Source: a virus. Taken from it: a stretch of 64,000 bases of DNA. A model generated the notes under the pieces. The model was not told the origin of the DNA, made no database searches, and saw only the letters and a program-made list of their open reading frames with translations. The DNA is taken from positions 36,097 through 100,096 of the IMG/VR virus record IMGVR_UViG_3300045391_006216. One strand, 5' to 3'. The position numbers and the translations under genes are program-made. Below, piece by piece: positions 20,335 through 30,337 of this stretch. Each line of letters begins with the position of its first letter. Position 1 is the first letter of the stretch.

Positions 20335-21879
20335 ATGAAATTATCTTCTTTACGTAGATCACTTGATAGAGGTAAAAAAGAAGAGCGAGGGGTTTCCACT
20401 GTAGAAAAATTAGAGAAGTTGTGGAAACCCCAAGAGGGGCCGCAGACTCAGGCTTATTATCATCAGGCAGATGAACTCCTGTATGGAGGAATTTTTTTAT
20501 TTATAAATAGATAAATCAGGTATCGAGGAGCGGCAGGAGGTGGAAAAAGCGCGTTACTTTTAATTCTTGGTACTACTGCCCAAAAACGAGCCATCATTTT
20601 TAGACGCGAATATCCCCGGTTAAAAGACTTAATTGAAAAAGCCCGAAGTTTACTTGCGGGAATTGCCAGATATAACAGCAACGATAAAATCTGGCGTGGC
20701 ATTCCAGGCGATCGCACTTTAGAATTTGGTGCAGTACAACACGAACAAAGCGTGGAGGCGTACCGGGGAGTAGAACATGACGGTAAATTCTTCGATGAAT
20801 TGGGCGAATTTACCAGAAAACAATATGAATTCCTGATTACCTGGAATCGTTCATCTGACCCATCAGTTAAATGTCGGGTCGTGGCCACTTGCAACCCTCC
20901 CAGTGAAGAATCCGCAATGTGGATTAAAGAGTACTGGGCAGCATGGCTCGACCCCAATCACCCAAACCCAGCTGCTCCAGGCGAAATCAGATGGTACGCC
21001 ATGATAGATGGTGAGGAGAAAGAATTAGAGTCGGGCGAACCATTTGAACACGATGGGGAAATGATTCAACCGCGATCGCGCACCTTTATCCCATCCCGAC
21101 TAGAAGATAACGCTTATCTAAGAAACTCGAATTATCGCTCAGTACTGCAAAGATTACCAGAACCACTGCGATCGCAGTTATTGAGAGGTGATTTTGGTAC
21201 GGTTGCAAAGGTAGACCATCCTTGGCAAGTCATACCGAGCGCTTGGGTGGATGCCGCTGTTAAACGCTGGACGCCCGTACCCAATGCCCCGCAATCTCAT
21301 TTGGGCGTAGACGTAGCTAGGGGAGGACGAGATGAGAGCATAATCATCTCTCGGCATCACTACTGGATAGCTCCAATTATTGCTTTGGCAGGTAAAGAAA
21401 CGCCAGATGGCGATTCGTTAGCCGACCAGATAGTGGTAGCAAGGAAGTCAGCAAAAGTTGAAATTAGGGTGGATACGTTGAATGTTGGGTATGCGGTAGT
21501 GGACGCCCTAAATCGCCGGGGAACAAAATTGGTGTTTGGGTTGAATGGGGGAGGGTCTACAGATGCTTTAGATAAAAGTGGATTGTTGAAGTTTTTTAAT
21601 TTGCGATCGCGCTGGTGGTGGCATCTAAGGGAACTCCTCGACCCCGCCAATGGGTATAATGTAGCGCTGCCCAACGACCCAAAACTAATTGCCGACCTCA
21701 CTGCCCCCAGATGGAGTCGTACCGGGTCTAGGAATAAGTTTGGTGAGATTCGGGTGGAGAGTAAAGAAGATATTATTAGAAGACTTGGGCGCAGTCCCGA
21801 CAGAGGCGACGCTCTCGCTTATAGTTTCGCAGAAGATGTGGACGATGCTAGCAGTTATGATTGGTTGAATCAGTTGTGA
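20335..21879 (+). pseudogene. terL: phage terminase large subunit interrupted by a 39-bp in-frame insert carrying a stop
   Basis: WKPQEGPQ Q-motif; Walker A YGG|AAGGGKS split by the insert; Walker B FFDELGEF; NPP; RNase H-like LGVDVARGGRD and SPDRGDA. Confidence 0.85.
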
Positions 21880-21913
21880 CAACCTTGATAGTTGAAATTA
21901 TGGAGATAGTAAA

Positions 21914-22354
21914 ATGAGAGAGTTTAAAACTTTTCAGATATACGATGACGGGGATTTGCACCCAAGTGACTCAATGGCTGATGGTGTAATACTTCCGAAT
22001 GGACAAGTTGCACTAGAATGGCGTGGTAACAATCGCACATTCAATCTTTATCCCAGTATTGAAGCACTGCAAGCAATCCAAGATAAGATAGGGAGAAAAA
22101 TATTTTTTGGTGGATTTGCACCTGACGGTTATCATCTCACAACTTTTAAATTAGTACGTAAAGAAGATGTGACTGGTGTCAGTGGAACAGGAATTGTTGC
22201 TTTTGGGTGTAATCTTGGGATTGGTGCGGTTTTACAATGGAATGGTGAGATTGCTTCTATTGCCTACTATCCCGAAGGTGTTAGCCAAATAGAAAAACTG
22301 CACGGACATGGAAATAAAACAATAATAGAAGAAGACGTTACACCTTCTTGGTAA
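21914..22354 (+). CDS. phage protein with an internally duplicated domain
   Basis: Two related halves (F..Y..GD...MADGV...ALEW / F.LVRKEDVTGVSGTGIVAFG...LQW). Confidence 0.55.
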   Translation: MREFKTFQIYDDGDLHPSDSMADGVILPNGQVALEWRGNNRTFNLYPSIEALQAIQDKIGRKIFFGGFAPDGYHLTTFKLVRKEDVTGVSGTGIVAFGCNLGIGAVLQWNGEIASIAYYPEGVSQIEKLHGHGNKTIIEEDVTPSW

Positions 22355-22439
22355 TCCTGAAGATGGTTGAAATATGAATTTTTTATTTATTACCACTTTC
22401 GGATTCGCTTTTGCAGCAATGATTCATTAGTCACGTAAG

Positions 22440-22928
22440 TTGGAGAATCAATTGCATGAGCTAGGTTCTAAGATTAAATTCTATGAATTTAAAGAGATGA
22501 AAAATGGCATTTATCTAGGATTTGAAGATTTACCAACAATACCCGATGCTCATGTGTGGGCTAACGAGTTTATAAAAATAACTCAGCAAAATCCAGCGAT
22601 CGCACTTGACCTGCAAGCTATGGAAGCGTGGTTTGCAAATTCAATCATGGCTGGGTATGATTTAGCTCAAAAGGAATATCAACAACAACGAGATATTGCC
22701 CAATCCGTAGATAAATTGCTCAAAATAAACAACACAATACAAGCAATACTGTTGGGAATTGAACTTGTAACAAAATATCAAAAAGATGCTCCAATAGATG
22801 CACAGCATGGAATTATTTTTATTGGTAATCATGAAAGAACTCATGCATTAATGTCAGAAGAAGAGCGAGCGTTTATGAACAACTGGGGGTGGTTCCAAAA
22901 ATATAAAGCATGGGCAATTCGCGTTTAA
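22440..22928 (+). CDS. hypothetical protein
   Basis: DAHVWANEF...WFANSIMAGYD phage-like motif. Confidence 0.5.
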   Translation: MENQLHELGSKIKFYEFKEMKNGIYLGFEDLPTIPDAHVWANEFIKITQQNPAIALDLQAMEAWFANSIMAGYDLAQKEYQQQRDIAQSVDKLLKINNTIQAILLGIELVTKYQKDAPIDAQHGIIFIGNHERTHALMSEEERAFMNNWGWFQKYKAWAIRV

Positions 22929-23332
22929 AATTTTGGACATATCTTATGAATTGGGTGAATTTTGAAGAAATAGACATCAAGACTGGCGACATTTTAGAAT
23001 GCCCCGCAAATCGCTATGTATTTGTCATTACAGTAGATAGCGAGTTAATTCAAATGCTTTCTTATGTTCCAGAAAATAACTTTGGATACAACTTATTTAT
23101 TGAATCTCTTGCTTTCCCAATTTTATGGGAAAACTATAGGATACTAGCAGGCGAAGAAAAAAATGAGATTACACGTAACATTTTATCTGCGATTTGTTAC
23201 AAGCGTAATTTATTATCTGCCGATATGGAATTGTACAAAAACTTGAATGAAGTTGTTGCCATATCTAATACTCTAGATAATTATAAAAATAGAAAAATTC
23301 AATTAGAAGCAACTCGCAATAATCTCATATGA
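22910..23332 (+). CDS. hypothetical protein
   Basis: ORF in operon. Confidence 0.45.
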   Translation: MGNSRLKFWTYLMNWVNFEEIDIKTGDILECPANRYVFVITVDSELIQMLSYVPENNFGYNLFIESLAFPILWENYRILAGEEKNEITRNILSAICYKRNLLSADMELYKNLNEVVAISNTLDNYKNRKIQLEATRNNLI

Positions 23333-23625
23333 ACTATTTATGGATAATAACATTTACATTTGCTTTTTGTGCAATGCTTTTCTTGTCACATAAAATTGAA
23401 AAACAACTACTCGCACTCAAGCACAAGCAATGCCAAAACTATACTTATAAAGTAGTAAATGAAAATTCTTATTTAATTACACCTTGTCCCGCTAATTATG
23501 TAATTCTTGAGAATTTATCAAATGTAGTTTGGGTAGCACGCGATAGTGATAATTTGCTGATTAAAGCTGAAAGTCGTCAAGCTATCGAAGATTTAATAAT
23601 TGCACTTAATAGTACTTATTTTTAA
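23329..23625 (+). CDS. small membrane-anchored protein
   Basis: N-terminal hydrophobic helix. Confidence 0.45.
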   Translation: MNYLWIITFTFAFCAMLFLSHKIEKQLLALKHKQCQNYTYKVVNENSYLITPCPANYVILENLSNVVWVARDSDNLLIKAESRQAIEDLIIALNSTYF

Positions 23626-23823
23626 TATGCTAGAACTACGAGACAGAGTTAGGATTAATCAGTTAGATCAGAAAAAATTCAGCCATCAAATTGCTGCCTA
23701 CGGCATTAGTGAAGGAGTAGTAGAAGGGCTGCATGATTTTATAATTTCGGTTGCTTTTGAGACTACTCAAGGAAAAATACATAGAAAGGATATTCAGCGT
23801 ATGTATTTAGAGAAACTATAAAA

Positions 23824-24276
23824 TTAAGCGCCGATTTTCCAAATAACTAATTTTTCTAAATATTTGTAATAAGTATCAATTTCTGCGATCGCACTAATTA
23901 AACTTGTCTGTCTAGAAAGTGGGTTAGTAATTTGAGTTAAACATGGAATAACGCTAAATTCCAACACTGGGTAAGGAGCAGAAACCTTTTTCGTGGATAA
24001 AATATAAGAGCGGAGATTGTTTCTGTCTACTAGGTTATTACATTCTGTTTCCAAAGCTTTAGCTGACTCCAACAACATTGTTTCAAAATCAATTTTTCCA
24101 TGACGCCAATAATTTAAAAACCTCATAATTGTAGGATTTTCTTCAGAAATTGCAAATAATACGTAAGGATTACTCATTTGGATAGTGTAGTAAATTTTGC
24201 CAGTATAACTAAAATTCAATCTTTGAGTGGTTGTTTGTGTGGTATGGCGATCGCTATGAATTACTAGTACTGCCAA
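23824..24276 (-). CDS. hypothetical protein
   Basis: ORF track. Confidence 0.4.
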   Translation of the reverse strand: MAVLVIHSDRHTTQTTTQRLNFSYTGKIYYTIQMSNPYVLFAISEENPTIMRFLNYWRHGKIDFETMLLESAKALETECNNLVDRNNLRSYILSTKKVSAPYPVLEFSVIPCLTQITNPLSRQTSLISAIAEIDTYYKYLEKLVIWKIGA

Positions 24277-24779
24277 AAAAAATAATACGCACTAGTAGCT
24301 CCACACCAACCAGCTAGGACAGCATTGTTAGAAATGTTTTTGAGAACTACTAAGTTATCTTCTTTATTGAGATAGTAAGGTAAAGGTTCAGCGCTTAACC
24401 AACCATAAGCGATCGCCTGGGAGTCTCGCTCAAAAAAAGTTAAGACTTCTAAACTTTGTTCGTATTTTGAGTAATAGTAAGGTAGATGACAAGATGGATA
24501 TTCTCTTAATGATTCGCGATTAACTGTGTGCGATCGCCAGTGGTTCCTACCGCTCTGAACTTTCCAAGAGAGTCGATCGCCTTTGATTTCTTTTGGATTA
24601 GCTTCTAACCAATCGTAAAGTTTCTTAGCTTGCTGCAATGCGTGGTCTGATCCTTCAAAAACGACGTTTGGGGAAAAAATATCACCATCAAAATGCACCG
24701 CGACTTCAAATAAGTTTTCATCATCCTCATATTCTGCTTTTATTACCTCGATAATTCCATTTTTATATAGTTCTGCCAT
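24264..24779 (-). CDS. hypothetical protein
   Basis: ORF downstream of the recombinase. Confidence 0.5.
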   Translation of the reverse strand: MAELYKNGIIEVIKAEYEDDENLFEVAVHFDGDIFSPNVVFEGSDHALQQAKKLYDWLEANPKEIKGDRLSWKVQSGRNHWRSHTVNRESLREYPSCHLPYYYSKYEQSLEVLTFFERDSQAIAYGWLSAEPLPYYLNKEDNLVVLKNISNNAVLAGWCGATSAYYFFWQY

Positions 24780-24785
24780 GTAATT

Positions 24786-25436
24786 TTAAATTGTATTTAC
24801 GTTGCGATCGCTAAAATTGGAGATGTCGTCAAACACCCATTTCCCGACATTTTCTTCCACAGGAGAGAGCATTGATAAGGCAGAAGCGGCTCCTAGCACC
24901 TGTTCGTCTGTTACTTCTAAGTAACGCTGCAACTGCTCTAAGCTTTTGTGCCCAGAAATTTCTTGAATCACCCGCAACGGTACGCCGGCGTTGCTCATCT
25001 GGGTCAAGGCAGTGCGGCGAAAACTGTGGGTGCTGGCCCCCAAGATGCCGACTTGCTGGCAAGCCATTCTCAATATCCTAGAAGCTGAATCGTGGCTGAT
25101 ATGCCCGTCGCTGCGACCGGGGAATAAATACTCACTTCCTGCCAAAGGATGATATTTAATAAGTAATCTTCGCAAGTCTTCAATCACTGGGATGGAGCGA
25201 GTTGCCAGCTTGCCCTTGGTGTTTGCTTTTCTAATGATAAAGTGCGACCTGACTTGCCCTTTGGGGGTGTATATATCAGGGGTTAACAGAGTGCAGGCTT
25301 CGCGGATTCTGGCAGCACTAAATAAACACACGCCAAACAAAGTGCGATCTCTGTCATTTTCTAGACCTGATGCAAAAATTAGCTGTATCTCTTTTTGAGT
25401 TAGCACTTTAGCTTTGCCATGTCGATTAATTTTCAT
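24786..25436 (-). CDS. tyrosine recombinase (catalytic domain only; plasmid resolvase-type)
   Basis: ARIREA (R), TKGK (K), HSFRR (HxxR), SGH (H), RY (Y). Confidence 0.9.
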   Translation of the reverse strand: MKINRHGKAKVLTQKEIQLIFASGLENDRDRTLFGVCLFSAARIREACTLLTPDIYTPKGQVRSHFIIRKANTKGKLATRSIPVIEDLRRLLIKYHPLAGSEYLFPGRSDGHISHDSASRILRMACQQVGILGASTHSFRRTALTQMSNAGVPLRVIQEISGHKSLEQLQRYLEVTDEQVLGAASALSMLSPVEENVGKWVFDDISNFSDRNVNTI

Positions 25437-25622
25437 TGCTGCTGTGTAGTCCCCAATTTAAACACTACAGGAGTTTGATGCAGTCATTTCAGCAAAAATG
25501 TTGTGACTAGATAGCTTTGTTCGTCCTTCAGAAATTCATCATATAGTAGATTTTAATTATTTTATATGCAGTGTACACAGGATATATGGTAAAATTTTTA
25601 CAATAATATCCGACCAAAAACT

Positions 25623-28600
25623 ATGCCTAATCCACATCCTAAGGTTGAGAATTTAGTCAAGCAAAAAACGGTTTGGAAGAACTTACCAACTAAGCCTTTG
25701 CGAGTTCCGGAAATTTATTGCGAAGAAATTGAAAATTATGCGCGATTGCTCGATGCTGGGATGGAGTCTAAATTTTGGGATGGGGAAGATGACGAGCCAC
25801 CATCAGCATCGCAGTTAGAATTTGTCCTTAATTCAGTTAGATCTTGGCAACTAGAGGATATCGTCAAGCTTCAGTCAGAGTTACCCGCAATTATTGATGA
25901 GAAGAAAGAGAAGACATCCGATCGCCGACTTGAAAGGGCAATCTGTTATTTGTCATCACAGTGTGATGGTGCTAATTCTTTAGATGGTCAAGGTTTTAAT
26001 AAAGCCGACTCAGGCTTTGGGCATTGGTTAGCTGGTCAAATTCGACAGCAAAGGCCACTGCTCCAAGCACACGCTCTAGCTGCATACAACATGATTAAAA
26101 AGTATAGTAAGCAGATGAGTAAAGCGGGTTTATCGTTACCTTTATGGGATGCGATCGCTCATCAATATCCTGTTAATTCAGCACCAGTAATTGTTACTCA
26201 AGAAGACAAAACCATTACCCCAGAACATAGGGTAGAAGTCAAAGGGGATATGATTGCTGTGTACGCTCCTTATGATTCATCTGGTAAGTTTCAGCGTGAT
26301 TCTAAAACTATTGAGGGGTATAAGTTTGAAGGTAGCGATAAATCCTGGCGTTTTCCTCTCTCGAAAATTCAGGAAGTTATAGAAAAGCTGACAAATGACC
26401 AATTTCACCTGACACCAGAGGTTGAGGGAGCAGTAGCACTAGCCCAAAAAGAGCGTGAGGAGGAAGAAGCAGCTAAGAATGCAGCGGCGTTGGTAGCTGC
26501 TGATGAAATTGTGAAACTGGTAAAACAGGCCAGTTTAGATGCGCCCTTGGCTAATGGCTGGTATCTACGCGATTATCAAAAGCAGGGTGTAGAGTGGCTC
26601 CTTGCACACCGTCGCGGTGGAATTTACACCGGGGGTATTCTCTCAGATCACATGGGATTAGGAAAATCGCTTACAGCGTTGGTCGCAGCAAGGGCAATGC
26701 AGCGTACACACGATTGTCCAATATTTGTGATTGCTCCTGTGTCTGTGATGGATAACTGGGTACGCGAGGCGGAAAGGGCAGAGGTGAAGATTGAGTGTTT
26801 CAGTTGGGCTAAACTTCCAAAACCACTTGAGACTAAGAAATATGTGTTGATAGCTGATGAGTGCTTTCTTTATAGCACAACAATATTGACTAATATCGGT
26901 TGGCTGCCTATTGGGTCTATAGTCGAATTGAAGCTTAATGTGTTCATTGCATCTTTAAACATTGAGCGTAATGTGATAGAGTGGAAGCCTATAAATAGAT
27001 GGATTTCACGTACTAGAAAAAATAACTTGGTAAAAGTTATTCATACTACAGGTGAGTTCATTTGCACTGCAAACCACAAAATTTGGACTGAAGAAAACGG
27101 ATATGTTAAAGCAGAAACGCTCAAATGTGGAGCGAGTTTGCGAATATTGCCAGAGTATTTTTCTGACACCAACCAAAGGCAAGAACACAGCGAGATTTTG
27201 CAGTCGTACTTGTGCAAGCAAGGCAAAATACAGCACATCGGAAGCAAGGGAAAAGCATTCACGGACAACCAGACAACCATTAGTACAGAAAGCTTGTCAG
27301 TGGTGTGGACAGATTTTTCAAATGAGACAGAACAAGAAACTCAATCAGAGGAGGCAGTTTTGCAGCAAGGCTTGTGCGAATACTCACAAAGCCAATCAAC
27401 CACAAGAGAAAGAGCGATCGCGTCAATTAGTTCGTCATGCCATCGAATCAAACAAGGGCAGGACGCGACCCGATGCAAGCAAGCGCATGAAGGAAAGAAA
27501 CCCGATGAAAAACCCTGCTACTTTGTTGAGGGTATCTCAAGCCCTCAAGGGCAGGACATTTTTAGCCAGAGGCGGCAACTCAAAAATTACAGAACCTCAG
27601 ATGAATTTAGCTACTGCATTGCTGCTGACAGATTATATGGAATATCCGATATCTACCAGTTCAGTAAAACATTTGTTTCCTTGCCTTCCGCCCTCTTACA
27701 AGGTGGATATAGCTTATCCAGAGAAGAAAATAGCTATCGAGGTAGACGGGAGGACTCACAAGCTAAAGAAACAGAAGTTTTTGGATCAAAGGAAAACAGA
27801 GGTTTTGAATGCTCTAGGGTGGTCAGTGTTGAGGTTTTGGAACGAGGAGATATTGAACGACTTGGAATTAGTTTTACTGAAAGTCAAACAGTTTATAACT
27901 TAGAGGTTGCTGATAATCATAATTATTTTGCTAGTGGTGTTTTGGTTTCAAATTGTCACTATGCCCAAAATCTCAACAGTCAGCGTACTAAGAAGATGCT
28001 GGAACTGGCGCACCACGAAAATTGTTTAACAGCATGGCTGTTGACAGGGACACCAATCAAAAACGGTAGACCAGTTAATCTTTACCCGTTGCTGCTAGCA
28101 GTAAATCACCCACTGGCAGATGATAAGTGGGAATATGAACGTCATTACTGTGACGCTTATCAAAAGTCGATAGGCAGGAAAACAGTTTGGGACAATACAG
28201 GTGCATCACATCTTGATGAGTTGTCACAAAAAACTGAAGATGTAATTCTGCGTCGGACTAAACAACAGTGCTTAAAAGAATTACCAGATAAAACAAGACT
28301 GTTTGAAAAGGTTGAACTTGAAACTAAACAGGCTGATGAGTACCAAGAAACAGTTAGATTATTCGTAGAAGATTATCGTCGGCGATCGCAGTGTAAAAAG
28401 TTTAAGTACCATTTACCTTTACTATTTAAAACTCAATCACTGAAAATTTGGTTAAGCTGGGTACTGGCTTACAATCCGGCTGACCCTGAAGCTGAGGCAT
28501 TAGCAACACTAAACATTTTGCGGAAAGTTGGGAGTGAATTTAAAGTTGAGGCAGCGATCGCAACTGCTTCTGAACTACTAGAACAAGGTGAACAAGTTGT

Positions 28601-29039
28601 AATCTTCACTGAATTTTTAGAATCAGCAAAGAGAATTGCTCAAGAACTTGATGGACTGCTATTAACTGGTGAAACTAAACCAACTGAACGGCAATTATTA
28701 ATTGACCAATTTCAATCAGGAGATAAAAAGGTCTTCGTTGGCACTATCAAAGCTGGTGGTGTGGGTCTGACACTGACGGCTGCTAGTAATGTCATTATGG
28801 TCGATCGGCCTTGGACTCCTGGCGATGCAGAACAGGCAGAGGACAGATGCCACAGGCTAGGGCAACAAAACGCCGTGTTTGCAACTTGGTTACAGTTAAG
28901 TCATGTAGACCAAGCAATTGATGACCTTTTAATTCAAAAACAACAGCGAATTGAGCTTGTATTGAAGGGTAAACGTAAGACATTAAAAGGGATTAATTCC
29001 GCTAAAGATTTGGCTAAAGAATTACTGGCTATCCTCTAA
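25623..29039 (+). CDS. SNF2/SWI2-family helicase containing an intein
   Basis: LRDYQ, DHMGLGKS, ADE|CH (DExH split by the intein), LTGTP, GGVGLTL, QAEDRCHRLGQ. Confidence 0.92.
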   Translation: MPNPHPKVENLVKQKTVWKNLPTKPLRVPEIYCEEIENYARLLDAGMESKFWDGEDDEPPSASQLEFVLNSVRSWQLEDIVKLQSELPAIIDEKKEKTSDRRLERAICYLSSQCDGANSLDGQGFNKADSGFGHWLAGQIRQQRPLLQAHALAAYNMIKKYSKQMSKAGLSLPLWDAIAHQYPVNSAPVIVTQEDKTITPEHRVEVKGDMIAVYAPYDSSGKFQRDSKTIEGYKFEGSDKSWRFPLSKIQEVIEKLTNDQFHLTPEVEGAVALAQKEREEEEAAKNAAALVAADEIVKLVKQASLDAPLANGWYLRDYQKQGVEWLLAHRRGGIYTGGILSDHMGLGKSLTALVAARAMQRTHDCPIFVIAPVSVMDNWVREAERAEVKIECFSWAKLPKPLETKKYVLIADECFLYSTTILTNIGWLPIGSIVELKLNVFIASLNIERNVIEWKPINRWISRTRKNNLVKVIHTTGEFICTANHKIWTEENGYVKAETLKCGASLRILPEYFSDTNQRQEHSEILQSYLCKQGKIQHIGSKGKAFTDNQTTISTESLSVVWTDFSNETEQETQSEEAVLQQGLCEYSQSQSTTRERAIASISSSCHRIKQGQDATRCKQAHEGKKPDEKPCYFVEGISSPQGQDIFSQRRQLKNYRTSDEFSYCIAADRLYGISDIYQFSKTFVSLPSALLQGGYSLSREENSYRGRREDSQAKETEVFGSKENRGFECSRVVSVEVLERGDIERLGISFTESQTVYNLEVADNHNYFASGVLVSNCHYAQNLNSQRTKKMLELAHHENCLTAWLLTGTPIKNGRPVNLYPLLLAVNHPLADDKWEYERHYCDAYQKSIGRKTVWDNTGASHLDELSQKTEDVILRRTKQQCLKELPDKTRLFEKVELETKQADEYQETVRLFVEDYRRRSQCKKFKYHLPLLFKTQSLKIWLSWVLAYNPADPEAEALATLNILRKVGSEFKVEAAIATASELLEQGEQVVIFTEFLESAKRIAQELDGLLLTGETKPTERQLLIDQFQSGDKKVFVGTIKAGGVGLTLTAASNVIMVDRPWTPGDAEQAEDRCHRLGQQNAVFATWLQLSHVDQAIDDLLIQKQQRIELVLKGKRKTLKGINSAKDLAKELLAIL
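26862..27953 (+). mobile_element. intein (364 aa) inserted in the helicase Walker B motif
   Basis: N-terminal C1 (CFLYSTTILT), block B (CTANHKIW), C-terminal YNLEVADNHNYFASGVLVSN, +1 Cys; removing it restores ADECHYA. Confidence 0.92.
27052..27903 (+). CDS. Zn-finger + DUF559/Vsr-like endonuclease in the +1 frame inside the intein (likely ATG at 27103)
   Basis: Two CxxC...FCSxxC Zn ribbons; NUMOD-like basic linker; YKVDIA..KIAIEVDG..H...DQRKTEVLNALGWSVLRFWN. Confidence 0.85.
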   Translation: MSSFALQTTKFGLKKTDMLKQKRSNVERVCEYCQSIFLTPTKGKNTARFCSRTCASKAKYSTSEAREKHSRTTRQPLVQKACQWCGQIFQMRQNKKLNQRRQFCSKACANTHKANQPQEKERSRQLVRHAIESNKGRTRPDASKRMKERNPMKNPATLLRVSQALKGRTFLARGGNSKITEPQMNLATALLLTDYMEYPISTSSVKHLFPCLPPSYKVDIAYPEKKIAIEVDGRTHKLKKQKFLDQRKTEVLNALGWSVLRFWNEEILNDLELVLLKVKQFIT

Positions 29040-29261
29040 AAAAATAACCCAATGGTTGAAATATTTTACGAAGGTTTTGTAAAGTTTTTACGCATCAAAG
29101 CGCGATCGCTCTAATTGCTCAAAAAACATGCTCACAACAAGGATTGGATTTTCGATCCTCGGTTTGATGAATTTTTGAGGGACAAAAAATAATAACCTAT
29201 TAGACGTTTATAGTATTATGTATTAGTAATACTAAGATATTAGACGCAAAAGTGTGAACAA

Positions 29262-29981
29262 GTGTTAAAAATTGCAGTGTTCAATTTCAAAGGCGGTACG
29301 GCCAAAAGCACCACTACCATAAATTTAGGAGCTGCTTTAGCTATTCCTAAGCGTCGAGTGCTGCTGATAGACCTGGATGGGCAAAGAACTACATCATTTG
29401 GTCTGGGCATGGACGGCGGCAATCCAACAACTTTAGACTGGCTAGCTGAGGGGAAGTTTGTTGCCCCCCTAGCAACTCAAGTAAAAAATCTTTGGCTTAT
29501 TCCTGGGGACATTGGAATGTTCCGCTTAACAGCCAAGAACGATTTATTTACACCAGCTTTATCTAAATTGTCTGGATTTGATATCTGTTTGATGGATTGT
29601 CCACCTAGTTTGGGGGTGGCATCTGTGCAGGCCATTCTCGCAAGCCAACGCATTCTCATCCCCACCTTATGCGAGCCAGCTGCCCTTAAAGGGTTATCAG
29701 AAGCAGTTGAGTTGATTCGAGGTGAGAGAACGGACATCCCCATCGATGTGCTGAGGGTGCGTTATAGACCCCGATTGCTCCTTACCAAAGAAGCTGACGA
29801 TTTGTTAATTGAGGCGGCATCTGATTTAAACTATCGTCTTTTGCATACGACTATTCCAGAGAATGTCGCTGTTGCTGAATCCATAGCACAGCAAAAATCA
29901 GTTCTCGAATATGCTCCTAAATCTAGCGGTGCTAAAGCTTATCAATCATCGGCGAAAGAATGCTCGAAATTGTGGAATTAG
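29262..29981 (+). CDS. parA: ParA/Soj partition ATPase
   Basis: Deviant Walker A KGGTAKST, LIDLDGQ, MDCPP. Confidence 0.9.
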   Translation: MLKIAVFNFKGGTAKSTTTINLGAALAIPKRRVLLIDLDGQRTTSFGLGMDGGNPTTLDWLAEGKFVAPLATQVKNLWLIPGDIGMFRLTAKNDLFTPALSKLSGFDICLMDCPPSLGVASVQAILASQRILIPTLCEPAALKGLSEAVELIRGERTDIPIDVLRVRYRPRLLLTKEADDLLIEAASDLNYRLLHTTIPENVAVAESIAQQKSVLEYAPKSSGAKAYQSSAKECSKLWN

Positions 29982-30010
29982 TATCTTAAGGTATAAAGGT
30001 CTAATAGTAT

Positions 30011-30337
30011 ATGACAAAAAGTAAAATGGGCGGTATAAAACTCAGTCAGTTTTCTGGCATCAAAACAGAAACAGCAGAATCGCCGCAGCAATCTATAGCT
30101 GAACCTGCAAAGGAAAAACCTGTTTCCATCAACATCAAAATCAGCCGCGAACAGCATGAATGGTTAAACGATACCGCTCGTACAGTTCGAGACAATAATC
30201 TAGAGCCAGTTCCCCCTGGCGATCGCGTCTATCCTCAGCATCTAATTGGTATAGCTGTTGAATTGTTGCAAAACAGTGGCGTTGACTGGGGCCAAGTAAA
30301 GAACGTAGAAGACTTGAGACAACGGCTTAAACTATAA
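30011..30337 (+). CDS. small partition DNA-binding protein (type Ib, RHH-like)
   Basis: Directly downstream of parA; flexible N-terminus followed by a beta-helix-helix SINIKISREQHEWL. Confidence 0.65.
   Translation: MTKSKMGGIKLSQFSGIKTETAESPQQSIAEPAKEKPVSINIKISREQHEWLNDTARTVRDNNLEPVPPGDRVYPQHLIGIAVELLQNSGVDWGQVKNVEDLRQRLKL

Noticed and set aside
20463-20957. 164-aa minus-strand ORF over terL
   Set aside because: Antisense shadow of the terminase frame with no recognisable motif
24786-25436. Prophage integrase with att site
   Set aside because: Lacks N-terminal arm/core-binding domains, and no tRNA or att duplication is visible; a resolvase-type role fits better
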